A stretch of 18,000 nucleotides of DNA. Source: Takakia lepidozioides (Eukaryota; Plantae; Bryophyta). The translations under genes and the position numbers were made by a program. Every line of letters begins with the position of its first letter. The stretch's first letter is position 1. The notes beneath the pieces are model-generated. The model saw only the letters and a program-made list of their open reading frames with translations. It ran no database searches and was not told the DNA's origin. This document shows positions 1 to 10,587 of this stretch, piece by piece. The DNA lies in contig JAKLZA010000035.1 in NCBI GenBank assembly GCA_030704615.1, positions 1-18,000 on the forward strand. The letters are read 5' to 3'.

Positions 1-2448
1 GAAATGAGAAGGCACTGCACAAGGAAGTGACAGATACCATAAGGGAAATGTAGAAGAGTACTGATATTCCTATGGCAAATTCCTCTGATTCTGAAAGGAG
101 AAGAGGAAGTGAGTGAGGATGAAGAAGGAAGAAAGAAGCTGCCAGACATGCAGTAATGAAGGGACTTTGGCTGAAGTATATGCAGACCAAAGCGGAGATT
201 TACCATTGCAGACAGCTATTGGCTGTGGCACATTATTGAGACACAGGCTGTATCAAGCAATCAATCGAATTGCCCATGTGATAGGGAACACAGACCTGAA
301 CAGCAAGGTGACCAATTATAACGTGGAAGCGGAAGGGCGAGAGAAACAGTCATGGACTTTGATGATTCTATGCCAAAATCCAATTGAGAATTGGAAGCAC
401 AGAACTAACTGATGTACTGATTGATGGAGGCTCTGGAGTGAATATCATGACAGACCAATTAAGGCAGAAAAGCTTGGTCAAGTAACATGAAACCAGCCCC
501 TTTACAGTAGTAACAATGGCAGATCAAAGAAGTGTACAGCCATTGGGATTGATAAGAGGAAGTTAAGATACAGATTCAAAAATGATCTTTATGATCACAG
601 TAACTGTGTTGAAAATGGATGAAGTCATGGTAGCTTACTCCTTATTGTTGGGACGTCCGTGGCTGAAACAGGCCAGGGATTCCATGACTGGAATCCCAGT
701 TACTAATCTGCATGATGGGATGCACAAGATACAAATTACCACTAAGAAATCTAGTAGATTTACCTGCTACGAGAAAACCTCGAGGGGTCGGAGTATGACT
801 GGAGGGGAGAGAATTGATGAGGAATAAGAATCTACCTGTTCGCTGCACACCCAGAGTGGGGAAGGGTTGCAGAAATGCAGCTGGAAGGCCTAAGTTGTTT
901 AAAAGGTATTTGTGTGGTGTAGTGAAGCAACACCAATGAATTGAAACAAGCAGTTACCCACCACATTCTATGAAGAAGAGAGGGAGACAGGAAATCCTAG
1001 AGGAACAGCCACTGGAGTTACAGATGAAGTGTGACTGGTTGGACAATCACAGCGGATGAGCAGGTGAGGTGAGAGAAGTGAATGTGGAACTGAAGAGGAA
1101 CCGAGGATGTAAAGGTAGGGCTGATTTGGAGCCATAATTCTTGGAGGAGCTAAGAGTTTTTCAAAATACATAGATGTATTTGCTTGGAGCTACGAGGTCT
1201 AAAAGGGATACCACCTGAGATATGTCAGCATAAGATTGAAACTGGAACCAGGGTCAAGTACCAATCAAACAGGCAAGGTACAGATGAATCCCAACTATGC
1301 ATAGAAGGTTGGAGAGAGATCAAGAAGTTGGATGAGGCTAAGTTTAATACCATGAGTATACAAACTTGGTTGTCACATGGTGATAGTTCCCAAGAAGAAT
1401 GGAACTGAAGAGTTTGTGTGAACTATAGAAAATGATGCTTGCACAGAAGAAAGATCAGATTCCTTTGCCATAACAGAAGCGGGATTGGACACTGTGGCAG
1501 GCCATGCATGTACTCTTCAGGGGCTTCGGTGTTATAATCAAGGCAAGTGCAGAGGACCAGGGAAAGACAGCTTCTCATACACAGAGGGGTGCTTATGATA
1601 CAAAGTCATGCCTTTTGGACTTTGTAATGCACCAGCAACCTTTCAGAGAGTGATAAGTGAATCTTTTCATGAGTATGGATGATTTCATGCAGGTGTTCTT
1701 GGATGATTTCCAGTTGTACAGTTCTATTAGAATGAGCACTTACATAAATTGGAGTTATGTTTGGCCAGATGTAGATGAGAGTCGGGCATGAATCCAGAGA
1801 AGTGTACTTCTGGTGAAACTCAGGGGGGCTTTTGGACTCATAGGTGTAAGAGGGGACTTCTTGTGGATCCCAGGAAGGAAGACAGAGGCCATTAAAGCCT
1901 CTCCACCACCGTAAATGTTAAGAGTATAGGAGATTCCTTGGACAAACCAGTTATAAGAAAATTTGTTAGACGTATGCACAGATAGCAGCACCATTGAGCA
2001 AGCTTTTGAAGAAAGATGCAGTGTTTGCAGACAGCTGAAGTCACAGGGCCAAGAATACACAGAACAATACATAATTACGCCAGATATACTACGAAGTGGG
2101 GGGTGGAAAGCTAAAGCTTGCGGGACCAAACACAGCAAGTCCACAACAAGGTTCTGTATGAGCACATTACTTACCGAGTTGGCTGTCCCTGGATTTATCA
2201 GTGACAGGGAAGTCACTTCATTAATGAGGACATTGAACTATTGACTAAAGAGTCAGGATTGTCATAGGAAGAGTACAACAATTACCACAGGCGTAATGGG
2301 CAGCAGAGGCTACCACAAAATACTATTACTATCTTGGCTAGATAGTCAATGCAAACAGAACGGATTGGGATACAAAGCTGTGACAGCTTTGTTGTCATTA
2401 CAAGGAACTCATATAAGTCACCAAAAGTATACACAATTCCAATTAGTT
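1..2448 (+). mobile_element. Degenerate Ty3/Gypsy LTR retrotransposon pol fragment (protease-RT-integrase), truncated by the DNA transposon
   Basis: Aspartic protease motif DVLIDGGSGVNIM at 411-449. RT motifs MPFGLCNAPATFQRV at 1608-1652 and FMQVFLDDF at 1684-1710. Integrase-like remnants (KW.EAKA ~2093-2120; ISDRG.HF.NE ~2197-2230; FQLV ending at 2448). The order PR-RT-IN is Gypsy-type. Many frameshifts and stops; no LTR visible in the window. Confidence 0.88.
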
Positions 2449-2449
2449 G

Positions 2450-2531
2450 GGGGGGCTGCTATTTCATGAGCCATGAGCCATGAGCGGCATGAGCCATGAG
2501 CAGAGTCGTAAGTGTGGAAAAAAACATGAGC
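2450..2531 (+). repeat. Left terminal inverted repeat with CATGAGC heptamers
   Basis: G-rich end, then CTATTTCATGAGC. CATGAGC copies at 2465, 2472, 2479, 2488, 2495 and 2525. Confidence 0.85.
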
Positions 2532-2912
2532 AGCACTATTTTCCGGAAATGAGTGTCCGCGGGAATAGGGTTTAGGGTGCCACGGTCATAGGGGGAGAAG
2601 GACCTCCCGATGAAGGAGGTTCGGCAATGTTATTTAGAATTATATATTGAAAGGCAATGTTTCGCGAATGGTAGGGTGGTACTGCTCTGTACAATGGGGG
2701 CCCATTTCAGCCTACCAGCCATTTGCAAAATTCACCCACACTCCCAATCCCAAACGAAATGAGCAATGACGCATTCTCGGAACAATGGACACAGAATAGA
2801 ATAAAAGAGGGCACAATGAGGTTTTTATTGATCCACATGAATTGCATTTGAAGCACGTCTACTGTGCTGATTGTGCCCTCAAATCTTGAGCCCTGTGCCT
2901 ACTGAATACAAG

Positions 2913-3676
2913 TCACGTTGTCAATGGGACTTCGACTGCTCTCAGAACTAGCTCATGAGTCCTGGGGCTCCTCCATGTAAAGTCGATTGCAGCCGTTGTA
3001 CCGCCCCTAGTGATGTTCACCACAATGTCCTGCCCTTCAATCATACCACCATCGAATATGGAAATCTTCACGTTTTCGTCGTCCACACCAATGCGAATGT
3101 CCCCATACAATGGAGAAGAGGAGCGCACTCCTCGAGGAGAATAGGTCTCTCCGATGGAGTCCACCCACGTCCAGTGGCAGCAGTTCCACCGCAACAGCAT
3201 AGCAGTGCGCCTTCTTCTGCATGGGTGACCGTCGTAGCTGGGAAAATCGGAATCGAGGATGCGCAGGAGCCACGGACTCCTCAAACCAAGATCGTCACCC
3301 CGCTCGAAGGCGTAGTGGCCTACGATATACTCAAAAGCCACCAATGTTTCCACAATCGAACCAGTATCTTCTGTGTAATCTGTGTACCAGATAACAATGT
3401 CTCCCGATGTGGCCGAATACATTGCATAATCGATGCCTCCAAGGGGCAGTCGTCCCGGTTCCGGAAGCACGGCATCCTTGCAAATGGAGGACCTGAGGAC
3501 GACTTGGATGCCGATGACCTTGCGGACAGCTACGAAGCCCTTAGATTTTGGAAAAGATACGAAGCGGAAGAGCAGTCCGGCCTCCAAAATGGAGCATCTG
3601 GGTCACACGTACCCACCGACGGAGGTGGAACGTGTTCATCACGCCAGCGGTGGATGAAGCCATACATCTTTCTCAT
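2913..3676 (-). CDS. Orphan two-exon transposon cargo gene, ~225 aa, unknown function (exons ~3676-3613 and 3529-2913)
   Basis: An 83-nt intron at 3612-3530 (G|GTACGT ... CTAA ... TAG|CT) joins MRKMYGFIHRWRDEHVPPPSV in phase to AVRKVIGIQVVLRSS...VEVPLTT*. AATAAA lies on the minus strand at ~2829-2824, downstream of the stop. No recognisable domain; the start codon is uncertain. Confidence 0.5.
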
Positions 3677-3723
3677 CAACAAGTTATAGTTTGAGATCTG
3701 CCACCGAAGTCCATCCCCCCGGA

Positions 3724-4846
3724 TGGAAATTCGGCGCCGCATTTACATCGAAGAGGGGATGGACTTCGTCGTGTCCAGTGGCTATCGGCCCACCTGGCAG
3801 TGACTGCCCATAGTTTGCATGGCAGGGTAGGAAAAACTGAAACGGCTACATTCATGCAGCAGCCAATCTTCATCGGTCCAGGATCCTGTACGGGGAAATT
3901 TAAATGTGCCCTGGAGTGTGCCCTGGAATGTACCTCACTTCTGTATGACTGTGTTTCATTGTGTTGAATAACTCTCGGATTTGGCCCACTGTTTACAATT
4001 TGATGTCTCATTTCTACAATTTGTCTGTCGGTTGAATAAAGCAGAGTAACCGGTATGTGAGTCATGTGTCAAGAATATACCAGAGTAACGCCATGTCGAC
4101 ATTGAAATGCGGCACCGCATTTCCATGTCGCATCGAAATGCGGCGCCGCATTTCCAAGTCGGGATCGAAATGCGGCACCGCATTTCCATGTCGGACATCG
4201 AAATGCGGCACCGCATTTCCATGTGGGACAAGAAAATGCGGTGCATCATTTCCGTCCAGGTACACGAAATACCAACACGGGTCTATAAATTGATCAGAAA
4301 ACGAGGTTGGCATTGCAAATGCGGCGACGCATTTCCAGCTTGGCAATGGAAACTTCTTTTTGGACAAGGGAATGCGGTGCCGCATTTCCGTCCAACACTT
4401 CGAAAAGTGCACCTATTTCCGACCAGCGCGATGGAATGCGTTACCGCATTTCCGAGAGAGGGTCTGCAAATTGACAAATTGCGATGTCCGTTCTGGAAAT
4501 GCGGCGCCGCATTTCCATGTCCGTCATCGACTTTTTTTTACAATGGAATGCGGTGCCAGTTTTGCTGATGGGTCTGCAGTTCGAACAAACACCATCCCCA
4601 ATATGAAATGCGGCACCGCATTTCCAATCCCGCCATGTCGGCCTCCTTGTTCGACCTCCTTGTTCGACCTCTGTAAGCGTGGTGGCATCCATGCAATGAG
4701 CGGGAGAGGCCAAAACTGGCGTGTGGACAAAGGAAATTTTGGAAATGCGGCACCGCATTCCCAATTCAGATTACTTTTTACTATGCCAACATTGAAATGG
4801 AAAAATTAGTCCCTCCCCTGTTTTGGAAATGCGGTGCCGCATTTCC
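3724..4846. repeat. Palindrome array A (~14 copies of GGAAATGCGGYRCCGCATTTCC)
   Basis: Copies start at 3724, 4103, 4134, 4166, 4199, 4232, 4315, 4368, 4432, 4495, 4544 (degenerate), 4604, 4741 and 4825. Confidence 0.92.
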
Positions 4847-5739
4847 AAAAGAGGTTCTTAGAGTTGCCAAAATTTTGGAAATGCCCTGACCCATTTCTGA
4901 TTTGGGAGCGTCCTGGTTTGGGCGATTGTGTGGCTGGGAATGCACACTGGAGAGGGGTCACGAATGTCGGGCAGAATTTTCTTTATATACTCTGGAAGAG
5001 AATTTACATTTACAGAGACTTCATTAAAATTCTATTAATCTTGAAAATCATCGGAATCCTCATCCTGTTCTAGACTGTCCTGCTCCTCCTCCACCCCTCA
5101 GTGCCTCTCTCATCTCCAGCGGACTGCTCGTTGGCCAGGCTTTCAAAAATCCCATCTTCCCCTTGCGGAACTGTCCATCTCACCTCCGTTGGGTCGTCTT
5201 CCTCCCTGTCTGCGTCGCTCTCATCCGCTGAATCACATATGTACTTTCGTACCCGTCTACCTGTCTGAGCTGCTGCCAACTCTTTCCTTATCCTTCTGTC
5301 CTCCCTAGCCCTCTCCAAAATCTGCTCTACTTTACTGGGATTCTCACTTCTTCTAATCGCTGTATTTGCGAGTTTAGCTGCATAACTAGGAAGGGAGTAG
5401 TCCCTCACCGGGCTCGTCATGAAGTCGGCCCTCGCAAAGAACGGGACATTCTTCCTGGCAGGAAGTGTAGGCCCTACATGTTTCGACCCGGACCCTGCAA
5501 TCCTGCACATGACAATCATCAACGAGACTAATGAGAACCACAGTCGGGAAATTCCTTTGACATAAATGACCCAGAAGGCTTTGCAAACTTACAATGTTTG
5601 CACTCACTCGTATTCCGGGTTCTCCTCTGCATCAATGTCCACTGTGTCTTCCTCGGACTCCGACGAATCCGAGGAGACTTCCGCTCTGTCGGGAGCCTTC
5701 ACATTCCGTTGCAGCCCTCCAGATGGGATCCCCACACGG

Positions 5740-6765
5740 ATGAATCCTCCTCGTAGGCAAAGAGGTGCCGGTCGGAAAACCGCCCAGCCCACATTGAGGC
5801 ACCTGTTACAATGCCATCCACACATTACCACATGGCGCTTCAGATGTTGCGAACTACATCCTAACGAGAATTTGCAGAACAGCAGAGATCAAGATTCTGC
5901 ATACCTGTCCCACAGATGAGGTCCAGCACTGTGCCCTCCACGTCTGTGCATGTCTCCATAATTGTCTGAATGAAGGCAGGGCTCCGAGTCCGTGAGTACC
6001 GCAGGGGTTCCGTTGAAGTGAGGCTATGAGGGAGAAGTTCCTTGGGAACGTTGTTGAACAGAACGTCGTAATCGAGTGGGTCGCAGTTCGGGTCAACCTT
6101 TCCTCCCTCCTTCCGGAAAGCAAAGGTGGAGTTTTCCTTCACAAAGCAGTATGCATCGAACTGCTTCGTCTGCATACACAGGGGGAAAACGATTAGAAAC
6201 CGAATGCGGCACCGCATTTGAAAGCACCCAAGCAAATGAATGGACGAGTGCCAGTGTCGTAATCACCTTCTTCCCTTCCGACCGAAGGCCCAGTGTGTTG
6301 ATGCACGTCCACTTCTTTTTCAGAATCGGGACGGCGCTCTTGCGGGTCCACTTCGCAATTCCTGTCTGAGTGTTTTTCCTCTGCTCGCCAGGACAACCAC
6401 ACAGCCTCTGTCGTCCAACACCATGCGGGCAAGCCCGAATCCTTTCTTCCAAAAGTCCTCCGAGTACCTGTTCCAAGATGGCAAAGCTTGCAGTCCTTCC
6501 ACAGGCTCTCCGTCCGGAATATCCAAGATGATCATATCGCAAGACCACTCGGTGGCATTTCCGCCCCTCCTACAATCCTTGTCTGCACACACCCTCTCAA
6601 AGAACGAGACCATATTCTGAAATCCTGGGGTGTCGGAAGGCTCTTCGGCAGTCGCCTTCTTCAGTGCTCTGCCCTTCAGACCCTCCATGGTCTTCATGTA
6701 TGCAACTTGGCTGCCCGTCCATCCAAAGCCGCCAAGAAACTCTCATTTACACACTGGACTACAGT
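5740..6765 (-). other. Beta-class DNA amino-methyltransferase-like domain coding region (three exons)
   Basis: A motif IV-like D-M-I-I-L-D-I-P-D, followed by ARMVLDDRGCVVVL (cf. RVLKxxG), precedes the motif X/I-like TVLDLICGTGAS..A...DRHLFAYEED (cf. VLDPFxGSGTT..AA...R..IG.E.D). This is the permuted beta order. Confidence 0.72.
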
Positions 6766-8719
6766 TTCGGGAGCCACTTTCGGCCTCTTCATTTCCACCG
6801 GCTCGAAAGGGTGCCCCCCTGGGGGGTTGAAGAGTGCCTTCTTTGCCGAGCCAGTTCTCGTGCCTCTCGTGACAACGGTGGGCACAGGGGAGGCAGCCTG
6901 CGTTTGGGGGGGTGGGCTGGTTGCAAAGTCTCCATCGGAGTCCTCTTCCTCACCCTCTTCCTGAACAGGCTGTTTCTGCTTCTTCGTTTTGGCGGGTGTC
7001 ACAACAGCTGCTCCTTGCTGGCGAGTCCTCTTCTTCGACCCCTTCTGTTGGGCCTGCACAGCTGCATCCACCGTCTTTTGTGCCATCTCAGCTGCCTTTC
7101 TGGATTCTTCCAGAGCAGCAGATTCCTTTGCCGACTTTGGCCCAGCAGGGACACGTCTTTCCTTTCTCTTCTCTTCTGCCAAGGCGTGCAGATCTTTCTC
7201 AGACTCGTCAACAATACCGCCAGACATGTCCAGGTACCACGGGCATCCAACGAGATGCGCGGGATGCCATTGTTTCTGCATCTCGGGTGTGTAGACACAG
7301 CTTGGGCCCGCCACGGTCCAAGCCATGAAGAACGGGGGCTCTTGAGCCAGGGCCCCTGTCTGAAGGAGCACGTATTTCATATACCTGCAAGGCAGTCAGC
7401 ATGCGTGAGCAAAAAGTTGAGACCAACCTACTGGCAGAGTGCCACCGAAAACATAAAATGCGAATGCGGTGCCGCATTTCCGAGACAAACCTCGTAACCA
7501 GGCTTCGCATACAAGGGCAGCTGTGCTTCACCTGTAAACAATTCGCATTGCAGCTTTCCCCGCTCCCTCCTGATGTGTAAACTCCACGCTCCTTCTTGCT
7601 GTCTGTAGCTCTCTGGCGAAAAGGTTGTCCTTGTACGCACATCTGAAACGTGTCACGTAGTCTTCCAATGTCTGTGTTCCATCCCATTTGACGTACAAGC
7701 CGAACGAATTTGTGTGCATTACGACTTGCTCCTTTGCATTCGACATTACCTGCCATTCCCAAATGCATTGTCACGTAGCAGTTCAGGGAATTCATGTCAG
7801 AAAAGCAAATCTGGGGAAGTACCTTGAATTACCTGGAACCACCAAGTCATACGGTTGAGCCACACATCCACTGCAGGGTCGGAAACTTCCAGTGGAAAAG
7901 ACCACATTGTCCTTATGCTCTCGGATGCATTCCAGATCGACAGCCACCGTGTCTGCCATTTCCGATCCAATGTCAGTGGCTGGAAGAGAGTGGCTATTGC
8001 TAGGAAGGAAATTCAGTGCATTGAAACCTCACCTTCTCTTTCGCCTCCACACATGCCGTTGAGAGGTGATGCAGTTTCTCCAATTGCATGGTCGGCTGCA
8101 TGGCCCGAGAATAGTGTTTTGCAATCTCGGGGATGAAGTCCTTTCCAAGTGCCGGATCTGCAATTGCCACCAGCTTCACAAGCTTTGACTTGTATTTGGT
8201 TCTGGACTTGACACCGGCTTCCTTCAAGTGCTCAGTCAATGACTGCAACGTTTTGACCTGCCCCTCACTTTCCATGAAGAAGCGTTTGGCATGGGCCAAA
8301 TCCAGCTTGATGTTTGACTGCCAACAAAAACATGCAGAAGCGTTACATTCGATTCATGTGGAAACATTACTGGAAATTGGGGAAGGATGAGCAGAGGGAA
8401 ATTGGAGCACGACTTACTTCGTATATCACCTCCACCATTCCATCCATAGTGAGACGATACCATGTCCGGTCTGTTTTTGCAACGGCTTTCTGAATGAGCT
8501 CCGGCTCCAGCATTTCCGCAAACATCTGCGGATCAGTAAGACCAGTTTTCCTCACCCTGTACAGCATATGTGCCATGTGGGTATGCACGTACGCATTCTC
8601 AGTGACCCTGCAAGGCACACTCTCCAGTTCAGTACACGGAAGCACGGAATCAAACCAGAATGGAAACCGAAATGCGGCACCGCATTTCGAATGTGCTAGG
8701 GAGGGTATGAGTATCTTAC

Positions 8720-9151
8720 GAGTTGAGGTCCGCCATGGCATTCTTGAGGAGGGAGGAGTCTGCCGCCTTCACCTTGAGGATGACACACTCCACCATGTAA
8801 TGCCAGCCAATGTGCTTGGCATGGTTCTGCTTGATGTACTCCCACCAGGCGAGAAGTCGGTGATTCCCGTCCCACACAAAGAACTTTTCCCGACATATGG
8901 CCGAAGTCGGGATCACCCTTCAGCGTCGCCTCGAATTCGTGGTTGCGAGTGTGCCAGTGGGTATCCCACGTTGACAATTCATCGGCAGTGGGTCCACGGG
9001 TTTCGCCGTCCTCATTCTCTATGGAAACGTAAAACGCTGCCGATCCCAGACGGTACCCTTCTCGAAATGCGAACTTGAGCTTATCCACATCTCCGGGAAG
9101 GGCCTGCCTGACGATGGGAAGGGAGACCATGCGACAGAGTGGGATTCGAAG
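8720..9151 (-). other. ParB/Sulfiredoxin-like domain coding region
   Basis: LRIPLCRMVSLPIVRQ...DVDKLKFAF...FYVS...FFVWDGNHRLLAW...VECVIL follows the ParB N-terminal pattern: an IP(L/I) strand, an R, a helix, then the hhhDGxHRh box. Confidence 0.72.
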
Positions 9152-10587
9152 AGTCCGCTGGAATACCCTGCTGCCCAGAACTCTGCCAATGCTACTGTGT
9201 GTCTCCTCCAACATTTTATCCGCTGCACTTTTGAAATCCTCCGGAGACATGTCTGTAGGTGCCGGTAGTGGCTGAGCAGGTGGAGCATCCTCAACTGGAG
9301 CTGCACTCTGGGGCCTGTGTGCGGGCAATTCTGCCATTGCAGAGGCCTCCTCCGGGCCTGCTAGCTCATCGGTGGTGAGGTCTGCCTGCGAACGTTCAGC
9401 GGCAGCACCCTCCTCCGGTACCAAATCGAGATCAACGGTCGATCCCATTGCCTTCGCTGCAGCAGAGTCGGCCCCAACATCTGCAGGCGGGAAATCCTCC
9501 AGGAACTGAGCTTCAGCTCGTGGAAGCGGTTTGCGGGAGATTGTTCGGCCGTCGCCCTGATTGCCTTCTGCTTCCTCATCCTTGCAGGTGAAGGTGTCTG
9601 CTGCAATAGAATCTGTCTTCTACCCTGCTGCTTCATTCGCGTTGGGGGGGGTGAATCGGCCTGAGCCGGTTCAGAAGCCAGTAGAGGGACGGGGCTGCTT
9701 CTTCTTCGACTTTGCTGGAGAAGGGCCCGACCCCTGCTGGCGATTCTCCATGATCGAAGAACGCGAGTCGATCTCTGAGACTTTGAACTTGCCCTTCGAA
9801 GACGCGTCTTTGAATCGCAGAGGGCTAGGCCCGGCAGGAGTACCCGCGCTCGGGGATCGGGTGGGTGTACGTGCTGCAGCTAGCTCCTCGGACTCTTCCT
9901 GCGGCTCTTCGGATTCCTGCGATCCCTCCAGCACGTCCACCTTTCCTGTTAGGCATGCAAACATGTTCTGCATTCAAGTCTCCTAGCATTCAGTCTAAGA
10001 ATTACAGAAGCAAAATGGGGGGTTCGGTGCTCGATCAGCTGCGCGCAGCCCGATCGCATGGAGCTCTCACTGGTGGCTGGGTTGCCTGAGTGGCCTGCTG
10101 CTCGGAGATGGCAATCTCCTCCTGTAGACGCATCTGCTTCCTCCCCTTCGGCATTGGCCTACGTCCGAAGTATAATTTCCGGAGCTTGCGACGAGGTCTC
10201 CTGTCTGGTGCACGAACTCCCCCCTCTCAGGTTCGAGCATAAGAAGAACAGAGAGAGGGAAAAGGGGCAAAGAGTGCAGATGGAAAGGGCGCGAGAGGGG
10301 TGACTGAGGAGACACGACAAAAGTAGATGAAACGGCGGTGATGCACCACTTGGGTTCGAAAGGTTGGACGAAAGTGTCTCCTCGTGGAGTTTGCGTCATT
10401 ACGAAATTCGAATCGTTGAGGGTACGCCGCCGTCCGAAAATCAAACATCATTATCCAACGGTCAGGCCGCGCCGCCTCATGCCCTTCAGTCAGATAGAGT
10501 GCCGACATGTGCAGCAATTCCGTTGCTCCACGTGTTCACATTTCAAGGCATTTCCGTCCCAGCGTCTGATGAGTTGGAGCGAGAATG

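Larger units (their letters stand above)
5035..10154 (-). pseudogene. Multi-exon ParB/Srx-like domain + beta-class DNA N6-adenine/N4-cytosine methyltransferase-fold fusion gene (~1400 aa), disrupted in this copy
   Basis: Phase-consistent GT-AG exons: 10154-10071 (tentative), ~9967/9940-8720, 8607-8418, 8317-8033, 7952-7833, 7749-7532, 7384-6267, 6169-5905, 5802-5608, 5502-5035. Motifs: FFVWDGNHRLLAW (DGNHR at 8871-8857), CDMIILDIPDG (DIPD at 6523-6512), and RSPAFIQTIMETCTDVEGTVLDLICGTG|ASMWAGRFSDRHLFAYEED across the 5904-5803 intron. Lesions: TGA at 9673-9671, TAG at 9622-9620, and frameshifts near 8886, 6726, 6375, 5716 and 5096. Confidence 0.75.

Noticed and set aside
2955-3689. 244-aa plus-strand ORF
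   Set aside because: It is probably the antisense shadow of the minus-strand gene, which has a phase-consistent intron and a poly(A)-like signal. Not fully excluded.
4643-4672. 13-bp tandem duplication (CCTCCTTGTTCGA x2) and a similar 12-bp one at ~3905-3930
   Set aside because: Ordinary local slippage duplications with no evidence of function.
3956-4809. Many overlapping ORFs with MRRRIS / KCGAAFP / GNAAPHF peptides (also at 10364-12367)
   Set aside because: These are translations of the stop-free palindrome in all six frames, not proteins.
5070-5522. Independent 150-aa gene
   Set aside because: It is better explained as the last exon of the ParB-MTase gene, via a phase-2 GA|GTGAGT...TGCAG|G intron at 5607-5503.
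6488-7497. Long plus-strand ORFs opposite the cargo gene (also 8494-9078 and 9561-9986) and minus-strand ORFs opposite the transposase
   Set aside because: These are antisense shadows of GC-rich coding exons with no motifs of their own.
5035-10154. Bacterial or phage contamination as the source of the ParB-MTase
   Set aside because: The gene has multiple spliceosomal introns and is embedded among eukaryotic transposons.
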